NCBI GenBank assembly: GCA_043732705.1
Contig: JAYTHE010000003.1
Coordinates: forward strand, 10,352 to 74,351
DNA length: 64,000 nucleotides
Direction: 5' to 3'
Origin: Candidatus Omnitrophota bacterium
GTDB taxonomy: Bacteria > Omnitrophota > Omnitrophia > Omnitrophales > Aquincolibacteriaceae
Shown here: piece by piece, positions 1 through 12,000 of the stretch
How the letters are laid out: every line of letters begins with the position of its first letter
How positions within the stretch are numbered: the first letter of the stretch is position 1
The notes under the pieces: model-generated
What the model saw: only the letters and a program-made list of their open reading frames with translations
Databases searched by the model: none
Told to the model about the DNA's origin: nothing
Program-made: the position numbers and the translations under genes

Positions 1-1098
1 TTCCAAGTCCGTGATCTTTCGTCAACGCGTCAAAAAGTTTAATTGAAAGCGCCGCGACAGAAGTCGCTCCGGCTTTGTCATAACCAAATTTTTCTCCGAG
101 ATGCCGCGCAGAATTTAAAACCTGCTTGGAAAGATCGGTGCGTTTATAACCCGAAAACATTTGTGCCATTTCCTGCAAAATTGCTTCCCGAATACTCATC
201 ATCGGCACAATCATTTCTTCGGCGCCGGTTTCGGAAAGAAAAGAACTGTAAAGAAACAATGCCGCTTGATAGGCCTCAGCTTCATCGAGAGGAATGCCGC
301 TTTCCTTCGCAATTTCCTCGGCTGTTTTTTTGGAAATGGTTTTAATATAAGCCGTAAAAGCTTTCTTATCTAAAATCGCATAAGTTTGATTCGTAATGTC
401 CGCTTCGATTTGGCGGGCGGCTTGACGCATATCGCCACCCAAACCGATAAAAGTTCCCAGATTTTGAAAATGACAATCGCGGTCTTCGCCCACACAGATT
501 TGATGTACGGCGCGTTTCACAAGCCTCCCCAACGCTTGAGCATCGATGCTGCCCAATACCGCGTCATCGGGCAAGCGCATGGAACCAATTCCAAGGTTAC
601 GGTTAATTTCTACCGCCCCCTGATTGAGTACGATCATTTCTGTACTGCCCGAGCCCACTTCAATAATTAAGCAGCGTTTTTGATCGAGTTTCATTTTGTC
701 AGCCAATGCGGTTTCTACCGCGATCAACTCAAGACGGCTTTCTTCGGGCGCTTCCAGAACTTCTACGTCAAGTCCCGCACGCACAAAAGCCTGGTCGATA
801 AAACTATCGCGATTCACGGCATCACGCACTGCACTCGTCGCGACAGCTTGATATTTTTTAACGCCATAATCATTCATTAAGGTGCGGTAATTTTTTAAAA
901 TCTCAATCGCCTGACGCAAAGTTTTCGTGCTAATCGAACCGGAAGCAAAAACATCACGTCCAAAACCAATCGGCTTTTGCAGGTTTTCAAGATGCCGTAT
1001 TCCGCCTTTGGCATCAATTTCAGCGACAAGCATACGAATCGCGCTGGAGCCAATGTCGATCACCGCTACGGATTCTTTGAGAAGATCTTCGGCCATAT
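1..1098 (-). CDS. ppx: Exopolyphosphatase / guanosine pentaphosphate phosphohydrolase (Ppx/GppA family). Partial: the C-terminus runs off the window start.
   Basis: Translating the minus strand by hand from the ATG at 1098 gives MAEDLLKESVAVIDIGSSAIRMLVAEI..., which matches the Ppx/GppA N-terminal actin-like ATPase fold motif (h-IDhGSNShR). The ORF is continuous to position 1 and is missing from the ORF track only because no stop codon falls inside the window. The plus-strand ORFs listed here are antisense shadows. Confidence 0.7.
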
Positions 1099-1136
1099 TA
1101 CTTTGTCCTTCCCGCAAAAGCGGGCAATCTAGTCTA

Positions 1137-1160
1137 GCTCCCCGCCTGCGCGGGGATGAC
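1137..1160. repeat. Family-A palindromic repeat (consensus GATTCCCGCCTrCGCGGGAATGAC), intergenic copy.
   Basis: tccccgcctgcgcggggatgac lies between ppx and the ROK gene. It is the same element as copies at 15154, 47231, 47272, 52428, 58348 and 58386. Confidence 0.75.
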
Positions 1161-1183
1161 TCTATGCGTCTAATGACGCAGGG

Positions 1184-2176
1184 TCACTTTTTTTCAATTA
1201 AATCAAGCCCGAGCTTCGCGGCGCCCATCATCACCGCGTAATCTCCGAGCGCCGCCGCGCGGACTTTCACCGGCCTTACAAGATCGGGCATCGCGTATTG
1301 CCGCATGGTTTTGTCGGCTTCAGGAACAATCAAAGAACCCAAAGCTTCAACCAATCCGCCGCCCAAAACAATCAGCTCCGGACTCAGCAAGTTAACGGCG
1401 TTCGCCATTGAAATTCCGAGCACGCGCGCCTTCGCGAGAATCAGTTTTTTAATTTCGGTGTCTCCCGCCCGAATCGCGCGCGCAAAGGCCCCGCTTTTTA
1501 AACCGCGTAAATCCGTTCCGGCATCTTTGTAAAGATGCGGCGCTTTTTGTTTAAGTAAAAGCAATCCCGCGTCAGATGCTAAAGCCAAACGGCCCGTCAT
1601 ATTTTCCAACGTGGGACTAAGCTGATCCGTGCCAAAAGGCAGGTTCATAAAAGTATGGCCGATTTCGCCCGCCGCGCGTGTCAAACCCCGGTAAAGTTTT
1701 CCGTCAAAAATAAGCGCGCCGCCCACGCCGGTTCCGAGAAAAATTCCCAAAACATGCTTAGCATTCTTGGCCGTGCCAAATTGCTGTTCCCCATATAAGC
1801 CGGCATTCACATCATTTTCAAGCGCAACGGGCACGCGTAATTTTTTTTGAAGGATGGATTTGAGCGGGCATTTTTTTAGAAAAGCAAGATTAGGCGAAAC
1901 CTGAACAATTCCCGTATCAGGATCAATGATGCCCGGGCAGCCCGCGCCCATCGCTAAAATATTTTTCGCGGTTAAATCATTTTCGAGCAGCAATTCCTGA
2001 ACCGCCGTGGTCAGCATTTTGACGAATACCGCCAAACCGCGGCCCGGTTCAACTTTCATTTTCTCAGTCGCAACAATCGAAAAGTTGGGCCGAAGAAGCC
2101 CCACGAGAACTTTAGTCCCGCCGATGTCGACACCGATCAGGTATTTTTTGGAGGACGCTTTTTTCTTCTTAGCCAT
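1184..2176 (-). CDS. ROK-family sugar kinase, either a glucokinase or a polyphosphate glucokinase.
   Basis: N-terminal GVDIGGTKV. Also LENDVNAGLYGE and the GTGVGGALIFDGKLYRG...AGEIGH ROK signature. 330 aa. Confidence 0.8.
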   Translation of the reverse strand: MAKKKKASSKKYLIGVDIGGTKVLVGLLRPNFSIVATEKMKVEPGRGLAVFVKMLTTAVQELLLENDLTAKNILAMGAGCPGIIDPDTGIVQVSPNLAFLKKCPLKSILQKKLRVPVALENDVNAGLYGEQQFGTAKNAKHVLGIFLGTGVGGALIFDGKLYRGLTRAAGEIGHTFMNLPFGTDQLSPTLENMTGRLALASDAGLLLLKQKAPHLYKDAGTDLRGLKSGAFARAIRAGDTEIKKLILAKARVLGISMANAVNLLSPELIVLGGGLVEALGSLIVPEADKTMRQYAMPDLVRPVKVRAAALGDYAVMMGAAKLGLDLIEKK

Positions 2177-2328
2177 AAACCCTTCTAACTATTTAAAACT
2201 TCGACGCGTAAGACTCATTAGAAAAGTATAGCTGTAGGCGGCCCCTATTTGCAATGTTCCGGACTGTAAATTGTGATTGTATAGAGGAAAACAGTAGCAA
2301 AGCGCGGCGCAGCTAAAATAAGCGGGAC

Positions 2329-2841
2329 TTATTTCTTTTTCATCGTCAGGCTGTTTTGATAGCGTTTTTGCGATTCATCGATCACTTTAATCGCGGCGTC
2401 ATAACCTGCCCAGCCTTCAATGCCGGTTTCTTTGTATTCCAAATCTTTGTAAGTCGTAAAAAAATGTTCGATTTCTTTTAAAAGATGCTGCGGCACATCG
2501 GAAAGATTGTTGATATGACTCCAAAAAGGGTCTTTCAGGGGAACGCAAAGCACCTTTTCATCCACGCCTTTTTCGTCCCACATTTTAAATACACCAACTG
2601 GCTTCGCGCGCACCACGCAGCCCGGGAAAGTCGGTTCCCAAACAAGCACAAGCGCGTCAAGCGCGTCGCCATCCAACGCGAGCGTATCCATAATAAATCC
2701 ATAGTCGCTCGGATAATGAACTGATGAAAATAACATTCGGTCGAAACGCAGCATTCCTAACTCTTTATCATATTCGTATTTATTGCGACAGCCCTTTGGA
2801 ATTTCGACCATGATTGTTAGCGCATCTTTTTCATCAAACAT
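2329..2841 (-). CDS. ppa: Inorganic pyrophosphatase (family I).
   Basis: Shows the canonical soluble PPase motifs EIPKGCRNKYEYDKELG, YPSDYGFI, DGDALDALVLV and KVLCVPLKDP. Length is 170 aa. Confidence 0.9.
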   Translation of the reverse strand: MFDEKDALTIMVEIPKGCRNKYEYDKELGMLRFDRMLFSSVHYPSDYGFIMDTLALDGDALDALVLVWEPTFPGCVVRAKPVGVFKMWDEKGVDEKVLCVPLKDPFWSHINNLSDVPQHLLKEIEHFFTTYKDLEYKETGIEGWAGYDAAIKVIDESQKRYQNSLTMKKK

Positions 2842-2955
2842 AGATTACCTCGGGTATTCGATCCACGGGCCACGGCCGCGGGAAATAAAATTATAAAATC
2901 CAACGCTATATAAACGGCTTTTCTAGGACAAAGCTTGAGGCGACGCTTGAATCCT

Positions 2956-2997
2956 AACTCCCGGTATTGGGATTGGTTTCTCCCATCACCGGGAGTT
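2956..2997 (-). terminator. Stem-loop downstream of giant gene 1 stop, a possible terminator or attenuator ahead of ppa.
   Basis: 10-bp perfect arms aactcccggt / accgggagtt with a 22-nt loop. No clear U-tract follows. Confidence 0.3.
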
Positions 2998-3018
2998 GAC
3001 CTTGGTTTCAGGCGAGAA

Positions 3019-6000
3019 TTATGCGGCGGAGGAAACAATTTGAAGGGTTTGCAGTATTTGTAAGATTTTCCCAGCCATACCAAGAAAACCTGCGCGCGTC
3101 ATCTTGTAACGCTTAATCGTGCCTATTGGCTTATTTTCTTCAAACCCTTCTAACTGCCTGCTTCCGGAAAATTCTGAAAATTTTGTTGCCTGTAAATTAA
3201 GCACTAATGCGCGCTTGTCCGGAGCAACCGAATCTAAATCCGCTCGATCAAAAGTAGATACTCCTTTGACATTGGATTTATCAAAAAAATCAGCCGGAAA
3301 AATATTCAGCTTATCTTCGCTTCCGACTAAACCATATTCCGCTCCACCGAAGAATCGAGCTGCCGCATCTTTCAAAACTCTCTGGGCTTTATCCGCTGAG
3401 CCTAAAATCTCAAATTTAATTCGTCCTGAATATTTTTTGGAACTCTCCGACATTTTCCAATTCTGATTCGCTGCGGCCAAAATAAGTATTTTGTGGTTGG
3501 GCTTAGCCTCAAGCACAGGCACCACATCTCGGAGGAATTCTTCTTCGGTTGGAAGTTTATCAAGAATCAACGCTGTATTAGCATGCTCTTCGCTTGCTAT
3601 GTCGGATCGACGAATCGCATCAATCACATTTCCATTTTCAGAGCGCAGCGCCACAATCTGCGCATATTCGTCAATTGTGGAGATTTGAATTGCTTGGCGC
3701 GCTTTGAGCGTATCTGCGTTAGCCTCTTTGCTTCCGAAATTAAAAATACCCCAAGCTAATAATACGGGGATCAATTTAAAAATCCCGCGCGCTTCGGATC
3801 TTTTAAGCGCATCGGGATTGAAACCTAATTGTATTTTCTCTATACCTGAAATTTGTGATCGTAATTCGGAACGATTTGCTTTTTCTTTAGCAACTTGAAC
3901 TGCGTTTTCAAGAAATTCAAACATTTTCATACCTTTTCCGAAAGCACCAATTATTCCAAGCGCGCCGGCCTTGGCTTTAATTTCATCAGTCAAATCGCCC
4001 GTATTAAGTATAAAACTTAATTTTTCATCCATTTTCATCCACTTTTCAATAAGCGCCCAGCCTTCTTCCCCTTCTCCAACATTCTCGCCGCCGCCAGGCG
4101 GCATATCTTTATCTGTCACAATAAGTGAATATTCCTGAAAACGCTTTTGCAAGTGTTTGTCAGCTTGTTCCGCCGCATCCTGTCCAACAATCAAAGTTAC
4201 ATGATCATCTCCCACAATCATTCTCAATATATCAGCAACTACTTCTCCATTTTGCTGCTTATCATCCACAACCATGATTCTATTTCGGGGGCTCTTTGCT
4301 TCGTCCGGCTTCTGAACCATTTCCTTATCGGGTTCTAAAGCCGAAATTTTTGCAATATGCTCTCCCAGCTCAATTAAAAATTCTTCGTAAATCTGTCCGG
4401 CTCCAGACTGCACTCCCAATTGCATAATTTTATCACTCAAAGCTTCGAATTCATTTCCAAGAGTTTTGAACCCGACTATTTTTTCTTCCGTTGTCATCTC
4501 GATTGAAAAAACAAGATGCGCTAATCGGCTTTTCACAATCATCATCAAGACTTGATAGACCGGACTATTTTTTTCTAAGTGACGCGCAACATCATAATGA
4601 TTATTCACTACCTGAATTAAGAAGCTTTTAAGATTGTCCAATGCGTCGGAGCGAATTTCGGAACGAACAGCGACTTTGGGATTACCGCGCGATTTGGCGC
4701 GGTCTTCAGCTGTCGCAATGCGGTTTTCCGATCGATTTTGTTGTCCGTCGTCTACTTTACTGCTTTCCGCAGCAGATGTTGATCTTAAAATAATAATATT
4801 CTGTCCGATTTTCTTTTCGACTGTAAAATTCTCTCCCAACTCATCTTCGAAAACTCCAACTGCCACAACGCGGATTACTCGCTCCGCTCCAGTTGCTCTT
4901 AATTGCCGCATCATGACGCCAAACGATCGATCCATGTTAGGACGAAAAACATAAAAAACCGTTCCGTCTTTAAAGGGATTTGGCCGCTGCGTGGTTGCTT
5001 CGTCTATATCTTGAAAGTCTCCCTTCCAGATTGCCATTTCTTTTAAATGAATGCGTTTTTCTTCCGCTATTTTTTTCAATGCTTCAATAATTTTTTTACT
5101 CAATTCAAATAATGCATCGTCTCTCTCCACCCCTTTTGCTGCTCCTGCTTGGGTTAATAATCCCGACAGCCAAACAACACGCCCATCACCTGAGCCTAAA
5201 TCATAAATAGTGTCTTCAGCACTTAGTTGGAGTTCATTCAAAATTGCTGCGACAGTTCTTAAAGGTGTACGCGCAAAATAAGCCTCTTCCTGCACGACCG
5301 CCTGTCCATAGTTTATCGGCTCAGGATTGATTTCTTTTGCGAGCTTAGCTAGTTCATTTAATTGATCTTCCAAAGCTCCCCACCCATCCGGAAGCTTACT
5401 ATTTATTTGCTCATTAAGAACGCTCGCAAATGCATCTATCCTTTTTCCCAACTCAGCTTTTTTCTGCTCCTTCACATCCCGCATTTCGGAACGGGATTTT
5501 GATTGAAAACGCGATAGTTTTTTGAATCCTAAAAATCCCGCCAACAGTGACATCGAAATTATCGCGTTAAAATAAAGCGGGGTTAAATCAATCGGCTGAT
5601 CCGATTGCCAAATTGCGGTGACCGCCAAACCCATTAATATGAATACGCTCGCTGACATCGAAAGAATAAATGCAATCCCGGCTGATTTCCCACGCTGAAT
5701 GCTTCTTTTTTCACGGCCACTCAAAGCAACTACCACAGCCGCAATGCCCGCCAAAATCAAAGGCAAGCGGGAAAACTCTTCAAACAGGGTTTTAGCAAGA
5801 ACAGGCTCTGCCGCTTGGGGTTCGGGGAAGACTTCAGCCGCAACAAATAACTTCGATTCTGCTGTTTTAGAAAAATTGCTGCGCCTCAACATCGCAACTG
5901 CCACCCTTGTTTTCTTTGAATTGTCAGCGTCAATCTTTGCCTGTGCTTTTTCTCTTTTGGTTGCGGCTTCGGGAGTCTCGTTTTTAGGAGCACGGATTAT

Positions 6001-9000
6001 TTTTATACGGTAATGGTTTGCGTAAAAATTGAGCGCCCGCGCTTCAATCTTTGCCGCGTTGAGAGGATCTTTCTCATCACCCACTAAATCAGGAATATTC
6101 GCGAGAAATGAGGCGTCATCCTTCGAATTCTTCCAAATTTGACGGAAGACAAGTGTCATCATAAATGTCAAATCCAGCTTTTCGTTATTGAGGATTTTTT
6201 TAGCAAGCCATGGGCCGATGATATCCATCGCTTTTGTTTCATTGTTGGGCGCTTGGGCTTTAAGCGTGTCAACCAACTCTTTAATTTCATCTGCCTTCAA
6301 GCCAAGGCCTTCCGCGATCTCGGAGTGCAGATGATTGAGCACGGTTGACCGTATGTCCGATCCTTTGAAATTGTTATAATAAAACCAAGTAAAAAGATGG
6401 TCTTGACCAACGCGGCTGCCTTCTTTTCCCGTTTCAATTTGTCCCCACCCCACAGCGATGAATTGCTCGATGAAATTTTTAATACGCTGGTTCTTGAGCC
6501 AATAGCCTGATTCATTCGCAACAATGATCTGTCCAAGCCGAATTAAACTTTCACGTTTATTTTCTTTTTCTTCTTCCGCAATATTCATTTCATTAAAAAT
6601 CGGGTCGAGAATTTCATTCAAAATTTTACGGGCTTCAGCCGGACTAAAACGATTCGTTTCTTTTTGCTGCGCTTCTTGATCCTTCGTGAGTCGGACAATC
6701 TGTTTTGGCACAACCTCCGGAGCTTCGTTTAAAATTTTAAGAACATTCGGACTTTTGATTTTCTTTAATTTCGCGGGATCAAGCATATTTGCGGGAGCCA
6801 TTTTTAATTCTGGTGTAGTTAATTTTGCGATCGCCTCTAGTGGACCTGCCAACGCGATGGTTCCCGCGGTTACGATTTGCCCTAAGAAGCCGCGCCTATT
6901 TCGTATTTCGGAGCGTCTAACTGCCGGCTGCGTAGGAGCGGCGAGTTCGGCGTCAAATTCGCGCCTAAAAAGTTCCACTATTTCATGTCGTGAAGATTTA
7001 AGGTCATTCCCTTCCTTCAAAATAGTCTGATTAAGATCCATATAAAGCTGCGGCAATCCCGCCCATGAAAAATAATGGCCTGAAAAATTCCCAACATCAG
7101 CGTTTCTGAAATAGGATGAAAAAATTTCAGGAAATTTCTTTCCAAGCATCTCTTTTAATTCTAATCGACGGCCCGATTCAACCGATCCGAATTTGGGCGA
7201 ATCATAAGGATTCTCAAGCATTTTTTGAAAAATCATGATACTAAAAATCAATGATTCAAAATTTTTGATTAAATAAGCCAGTCGGTCATCAGGCGATAAT
7301 TCAGAAAGCGCAGTCGTTCCTTCATAATCTTTAAGGCGCGGCCGCCCATTTTCATAAACAAAATTATTATTTGTCGGTTGTCCATGTTTAGCAAAAGCAT
7401 TGAGGTCACGTAAACTTCCGGCGTATTCACCGAGACGCAAAGACAACCAGTCTGTTAACTCGATGGAATCTTTCGTTTCTGCGGCTTTTTCCGCTACCAT
7501 CGAATAAAGGCTGGTTTCGTCCTGTCCTTCCAAGAGCTCAATAAAGTAGCCGACTTCAATCGTATGAGTTCCCGACTTATCACGATAGGAAAAATTTTTA
7601 TTCGTAAATTTACCAAAGCCAACCGGAGGAGCCACAAGCAGTTTGTTTTTTTGAGCAAGCTTTGCTCCGTGAAACCGACTCTCAGCATAGATCGCTTCAC
7701 TTGAGCCTGCAGGGTGTGGCGGAATATCAATCCAGTGAATGACTCCGTCTCGAGGCGCAAGCAATACTTCGGATTGGCTATTAGCTCTAAAATCAAGCGG
7801 CGGAATATCTTTATCAGCGGAAATTAAAACTCCGATTATTTTCGCAGATTCATACTTTCTGCCTTCAATTTCAACCGGCCGGATCAAAGGCAAAATCACA
7901 GTTCGGTGATCATCCCAATCACCAACGGTGTGCGCACGGCCATTTGAAAAATTCCCGCCCTGCTTTAAAATATACATAATTCTGTCTTGGTCCACTGCTA
8001 ATTTGTCCCAAATATCGCCATCAACATAAAATTCACTGGTTAATGGCGCTGACGGCCCATCAATCACAATTGTCCGCATTTCGCCTGCCTGCCGGCGAGG
8101 CAGGGAGCGCGCAGTCTTTGGAACCGCAATAATCAATTTTGATGCTTTAACAAAAGAACTATATTCGGGGTAGTCTGCTGGTAAATCTTGAATAGAAACA
8201 TCAAACCCCGCGTTTTGAATAGCGGCCATGATTCCATTTTGTCTGCTATCAATCACATCATTGCTCTCAACGGTGACAAGTAAAATGCCTCCCGGATTTT
8301 TTAAAAGTTCCAAAGCGCGATTTGCAAGCTCACCAGGGGCCGTCTCAATATTATTAATAGTTACAATCTCAACAGGATGTTTCTTTAATTCTAAAAACTC
8401 GGATTCAAATTGCGCGTTTGCCTTGATGATTCTTTTACGGACATTTTCATTAATCGGAGTAGCTTCATCAGGATAAGGTTCAGTTGCCTTCCAACCTTTT
8501 ACTTTATAACCCCTGTCCCTCAGATATTTTTCGAATTCCGGCGGAAAAGCTCCCGCCCCGGTGTCCAAATCAATAAATTCAAGCTCTGCTCCGGCAGAGA
8601 GACGCTGACTCAAAAGATCCGCAAGAGTTCGCATTTCGGAGCGTTTAACTGAAGGAATAAGCGGAACCGGGTTAAATTTTAAAGGTTTCGCGTTTAAGTA
8701 GTCACTTAACGCCAAATTACTTTCTATTTGAATCTCGTTTGGAGCTAACCGGGGGAAACCTAGAGTTACAGCATCCGGTTTCATCCAAAAAACATCTAGG
8801 GTTACTCTCAAGCGAGCATCTTGCGGCAGTTGGTGGATATTTTCTTCTCCCACGATTTTCTTTAATCGCAAAAGAATATAATCGGTCAAAAGTTTAATAT
8901 CAGAGTTTACTTTTTGTTTGAATATATTTACCTCTTCGGCCTGCATTCCAAAAGGCGCGTAGACATCATAGGTCTTTTCCGCCCCACGCACCTCATTGCC

Positions 9001-12000
9001 CTTGCGATTTGCAAACATCGCGTTGCCGCCAATGCGCGTAAACGAAAAATCTTGTATAAGATCAGAAGGCACACCTGTTTTTATTTCAATTTCGCCATTG
9101 TGCGGGTTAAGTGAAATAAAATAGCGGGTCTCCAAACTTCGAGGACGGCCTTCTTTTTCGACCTTAAAAAGGTCGAGCATCTCTTCAATCATTCCGGCAT
9201 CGTTGAGACTGCTGCTTATTTTTTCCCAAATCGTATAAAGAGCATTAGCGGCATTTTCATAACTGTGAGTTTCAATCTTAATTTCAAGCAGCCCTTGATC
9301 GGGCAAACGGGTGACTGCAACGCCCGGAATCTTCTCAATGGCCTGAGGAATAATTGTGGCCCAATCAATTCTCCGAGACACATCTTTCTCCGGCTGATAA
9401 GCCATGCTAACTTTTAAATGGTCTGCATCTTCTCTTTCAATAAAGAAAATGCCTTCGCCGCCTGCACCGCCATTGGGTTTAAATACAAGCGGGAGCTTTC
9501 GATTTCCACTCACAATCTCTCGCGCAAGACTTTTAAAATTTAAAAGATTTTCACCAGGAATGAGCTGCCGTTTTAAAACTTTAAATACGTCGCTTTCTCT
9601 TTTCGCAAGCTGTTGTGGAGCCTGTATGCCCGCAAAGAACTTAACGCCCTCAATCGGCGCACCTTTCATCATTTCTCGCACTCCCAACTTCGTAAACAAA
9701 ACATTAAAAAGATTTTGCAAAGAAATTGGATTTTGCCGCATTTCGGAGCGAGCAACTTTAGACTCGAGGGAATTGAACTCTCCAACACTCTCGAGTCTCC
9801 GGTCTTCGGCTTCCGGGCTTTCGATTTTGCGCGATTCCTGTCTGCCGGCAGGCATGGCAAAACGAAGAGGGGCCAATCCAGTTTGAAATACCGCAAGCAT
9901 CAATTGGAAAAGCGAATTAGGCGCGCCTTGCCCGGATGCAGCTAATCTTCTATCCACAAAAAATTTGCCGGCCCTGAGCAAACCCAATATACCCGTTAAA
10001 ACACCCAATGTGGTTATCCAGGGAAAAGCCGCGAAAACTGCAGCAAGTGCGCTCGCAACTCCTGCCACACCAATAACAACGAAAGCAAGAGCGGTCGGAA
10101 TACTTATCGAACGGTTCTCTGATCGATGATTGCCCGGCTCTTTCAAATTTGCAGCGACACCTATCGAGCGCAATTCATCACGCCCCTCATCATTTAACTT
10201 TCCACCTTTTGAAAGAAAGTCTTTCAAGCTCATCACGACGGGTTTTGATCCGGGCACTCTCTGAAAGATTCGTTCGGCCGATTTAATATTTTTTAAACTT
10301 TGCGGCTTTTGCAAGCGAATCACAATTTGATTAACTTGTACCAACTGAGGCAATCCATTTTTTACCTCCGTTCCATCCGATCGTCGTCGGGCTCTTCTCG
10401 CCTCAATATAACTATCCCAATTTTTTAAAGTTTTTACGTTTTTAAAGTTTTTAAGCATTGATTTCAGGCGCAATTCTGACTTTGTTCTGTCGTCTAAGTG
10501 AAATTCCAACATAATTTCCGGGTTGACTCCTTCGGGCGTACCTGCTGGAACCTCAAAGCGTTTTAAAAGTGCTGCAAGTGTGGGAAACCCCTGCTTTTTC
10601 AAGAATGCCGAGAGTTTCAACTGTCTTTCTTTCGAACCCGGCTCAAAATCAAATACAAGTGGTTCCGGCCATTTCAGTTTTTCCGCGGAACTTACCTTCT
10701 CAATGCTCTCGCCCTGCTTCCGCATTTCGGAGCGGGCCATTTCAGGCCCGAGACCCAAGGCCCGAGACCCGAGGGTTTCAAGTCTTGCATCACCGAACGC
10801 CGTCCCGGCGGGAGGGGTTAGATCTGCATGGGCCTCAAAAAGCTTTGAAAGGTTATGTGCCAAAGCAAAGGTGTCTAGGAAATTCTCGAACCCGGGGTTT
10901 TCGTAATCCTTTTCTAGATAGAGCGCCTTATCTTTCGTCAGATCAACTTGTTTACGTAATGCTGTCAAATCCGCCAGCAATTTTTCCTGGCCCGTTTCAA
11001 ACGGCAAACCGTGAGAAAAATTTTCTCGGGCTTTCTGATTGTATTTCAGCGTTGCTTCGAAAGAATAAAATAAATATTTCATTATGACCGGCACAACATA
11101 CCCATCAACAAAGTGTCCTTCATGCTGAAACCAATCAAATTCATTCAAAATGAGCATCAAGGTAAGCTGTTCATGCTCATCCGCTGAAAAAACTTGAAGC
11201 GCCTCAAAAAGTGGCACCATCGTTTTTTTCAGATAGGATTGCTTGAGGGCTTCAAGCACAACGTCGCCTCCCTCCTGTGCGCCTAAAAAAATTTCCAATG
11301 CCGCGTAATAATCCATATATTTTGAGCTGTGAACATAGTCCGTCCCCATAATTTCTTTTGTAAAGAATTCCGTCATAGCCTCATTGATGGTTGAATTGTA
11401 ATAATCAAAGGAATGATGCAGCGCCTCGTGAAGCAAGACCGACCTTACCTTTTTGGCATCGCGCGTTAACATGACCTCTTCCCTGATACGAATTTCTCCG
11501 TTTCGTATATCGTAGTCTCCATTAATGTCATCTAAGCTTCTCCACACACCTATTTGGGAAATATCAATTTTGTTCGCCGCACCCTTAAAGTAACTTTTTA
11601 ATTTTTGATTGACCCATCGCACGTGAACATCCAACACTGCGGCATAAGCAGCAGTAACATTTTCGGGGGGCTGTTTGGCTTCAACTGCCGGTTCATTTTT
11701 TGAAGACGCTACATCAGCTAACAAAAGTCCCGCTGACAACGCCTCTGCATACAAATGCTTCTGGATCTCGATCCCAGACAAATTTGTCCATTTCTCAGGA
11801 TCTAATCTTGCCGCGGCCACGGCTTCAGCTTCTACCAGAGCCATATAATGCTTAACGCCTGTTATATTGATGCGAAATTCGGAGCGGCCGGTATCCCCAT
11901 CTTCCGCGGATTTCGGTTCTCTGTAAGGGTTTAGTCGAATGATTCTTCTGATAACGTCTGTCTTAAGCTTACTAATTTGTCCCGCGGCTTTCGGGGTTTC

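Noticed and set aside
43-1241. Plus-strand ORFs of 66-104 aa at the window start (43..345, 386..670, 680..880, 927..1241).
   Set aside because: They are antisense to a continuous minus-strand Ppx/GppA reading frame that gives a convincing conserved protein. They have no motifs of their own and overlap one another.
9404-11087. Plus-strand ORFs of 127-172 aa inside giant gene 1. Similar cases are 28765..29503 and 41847..42290 inside giants 2 and 3.
   Set aside because: These are antisense shadow ORFs within very long coding regions. They are low-complexity, Ser/Arg/Pro-rich, and carry no recognisable motif.
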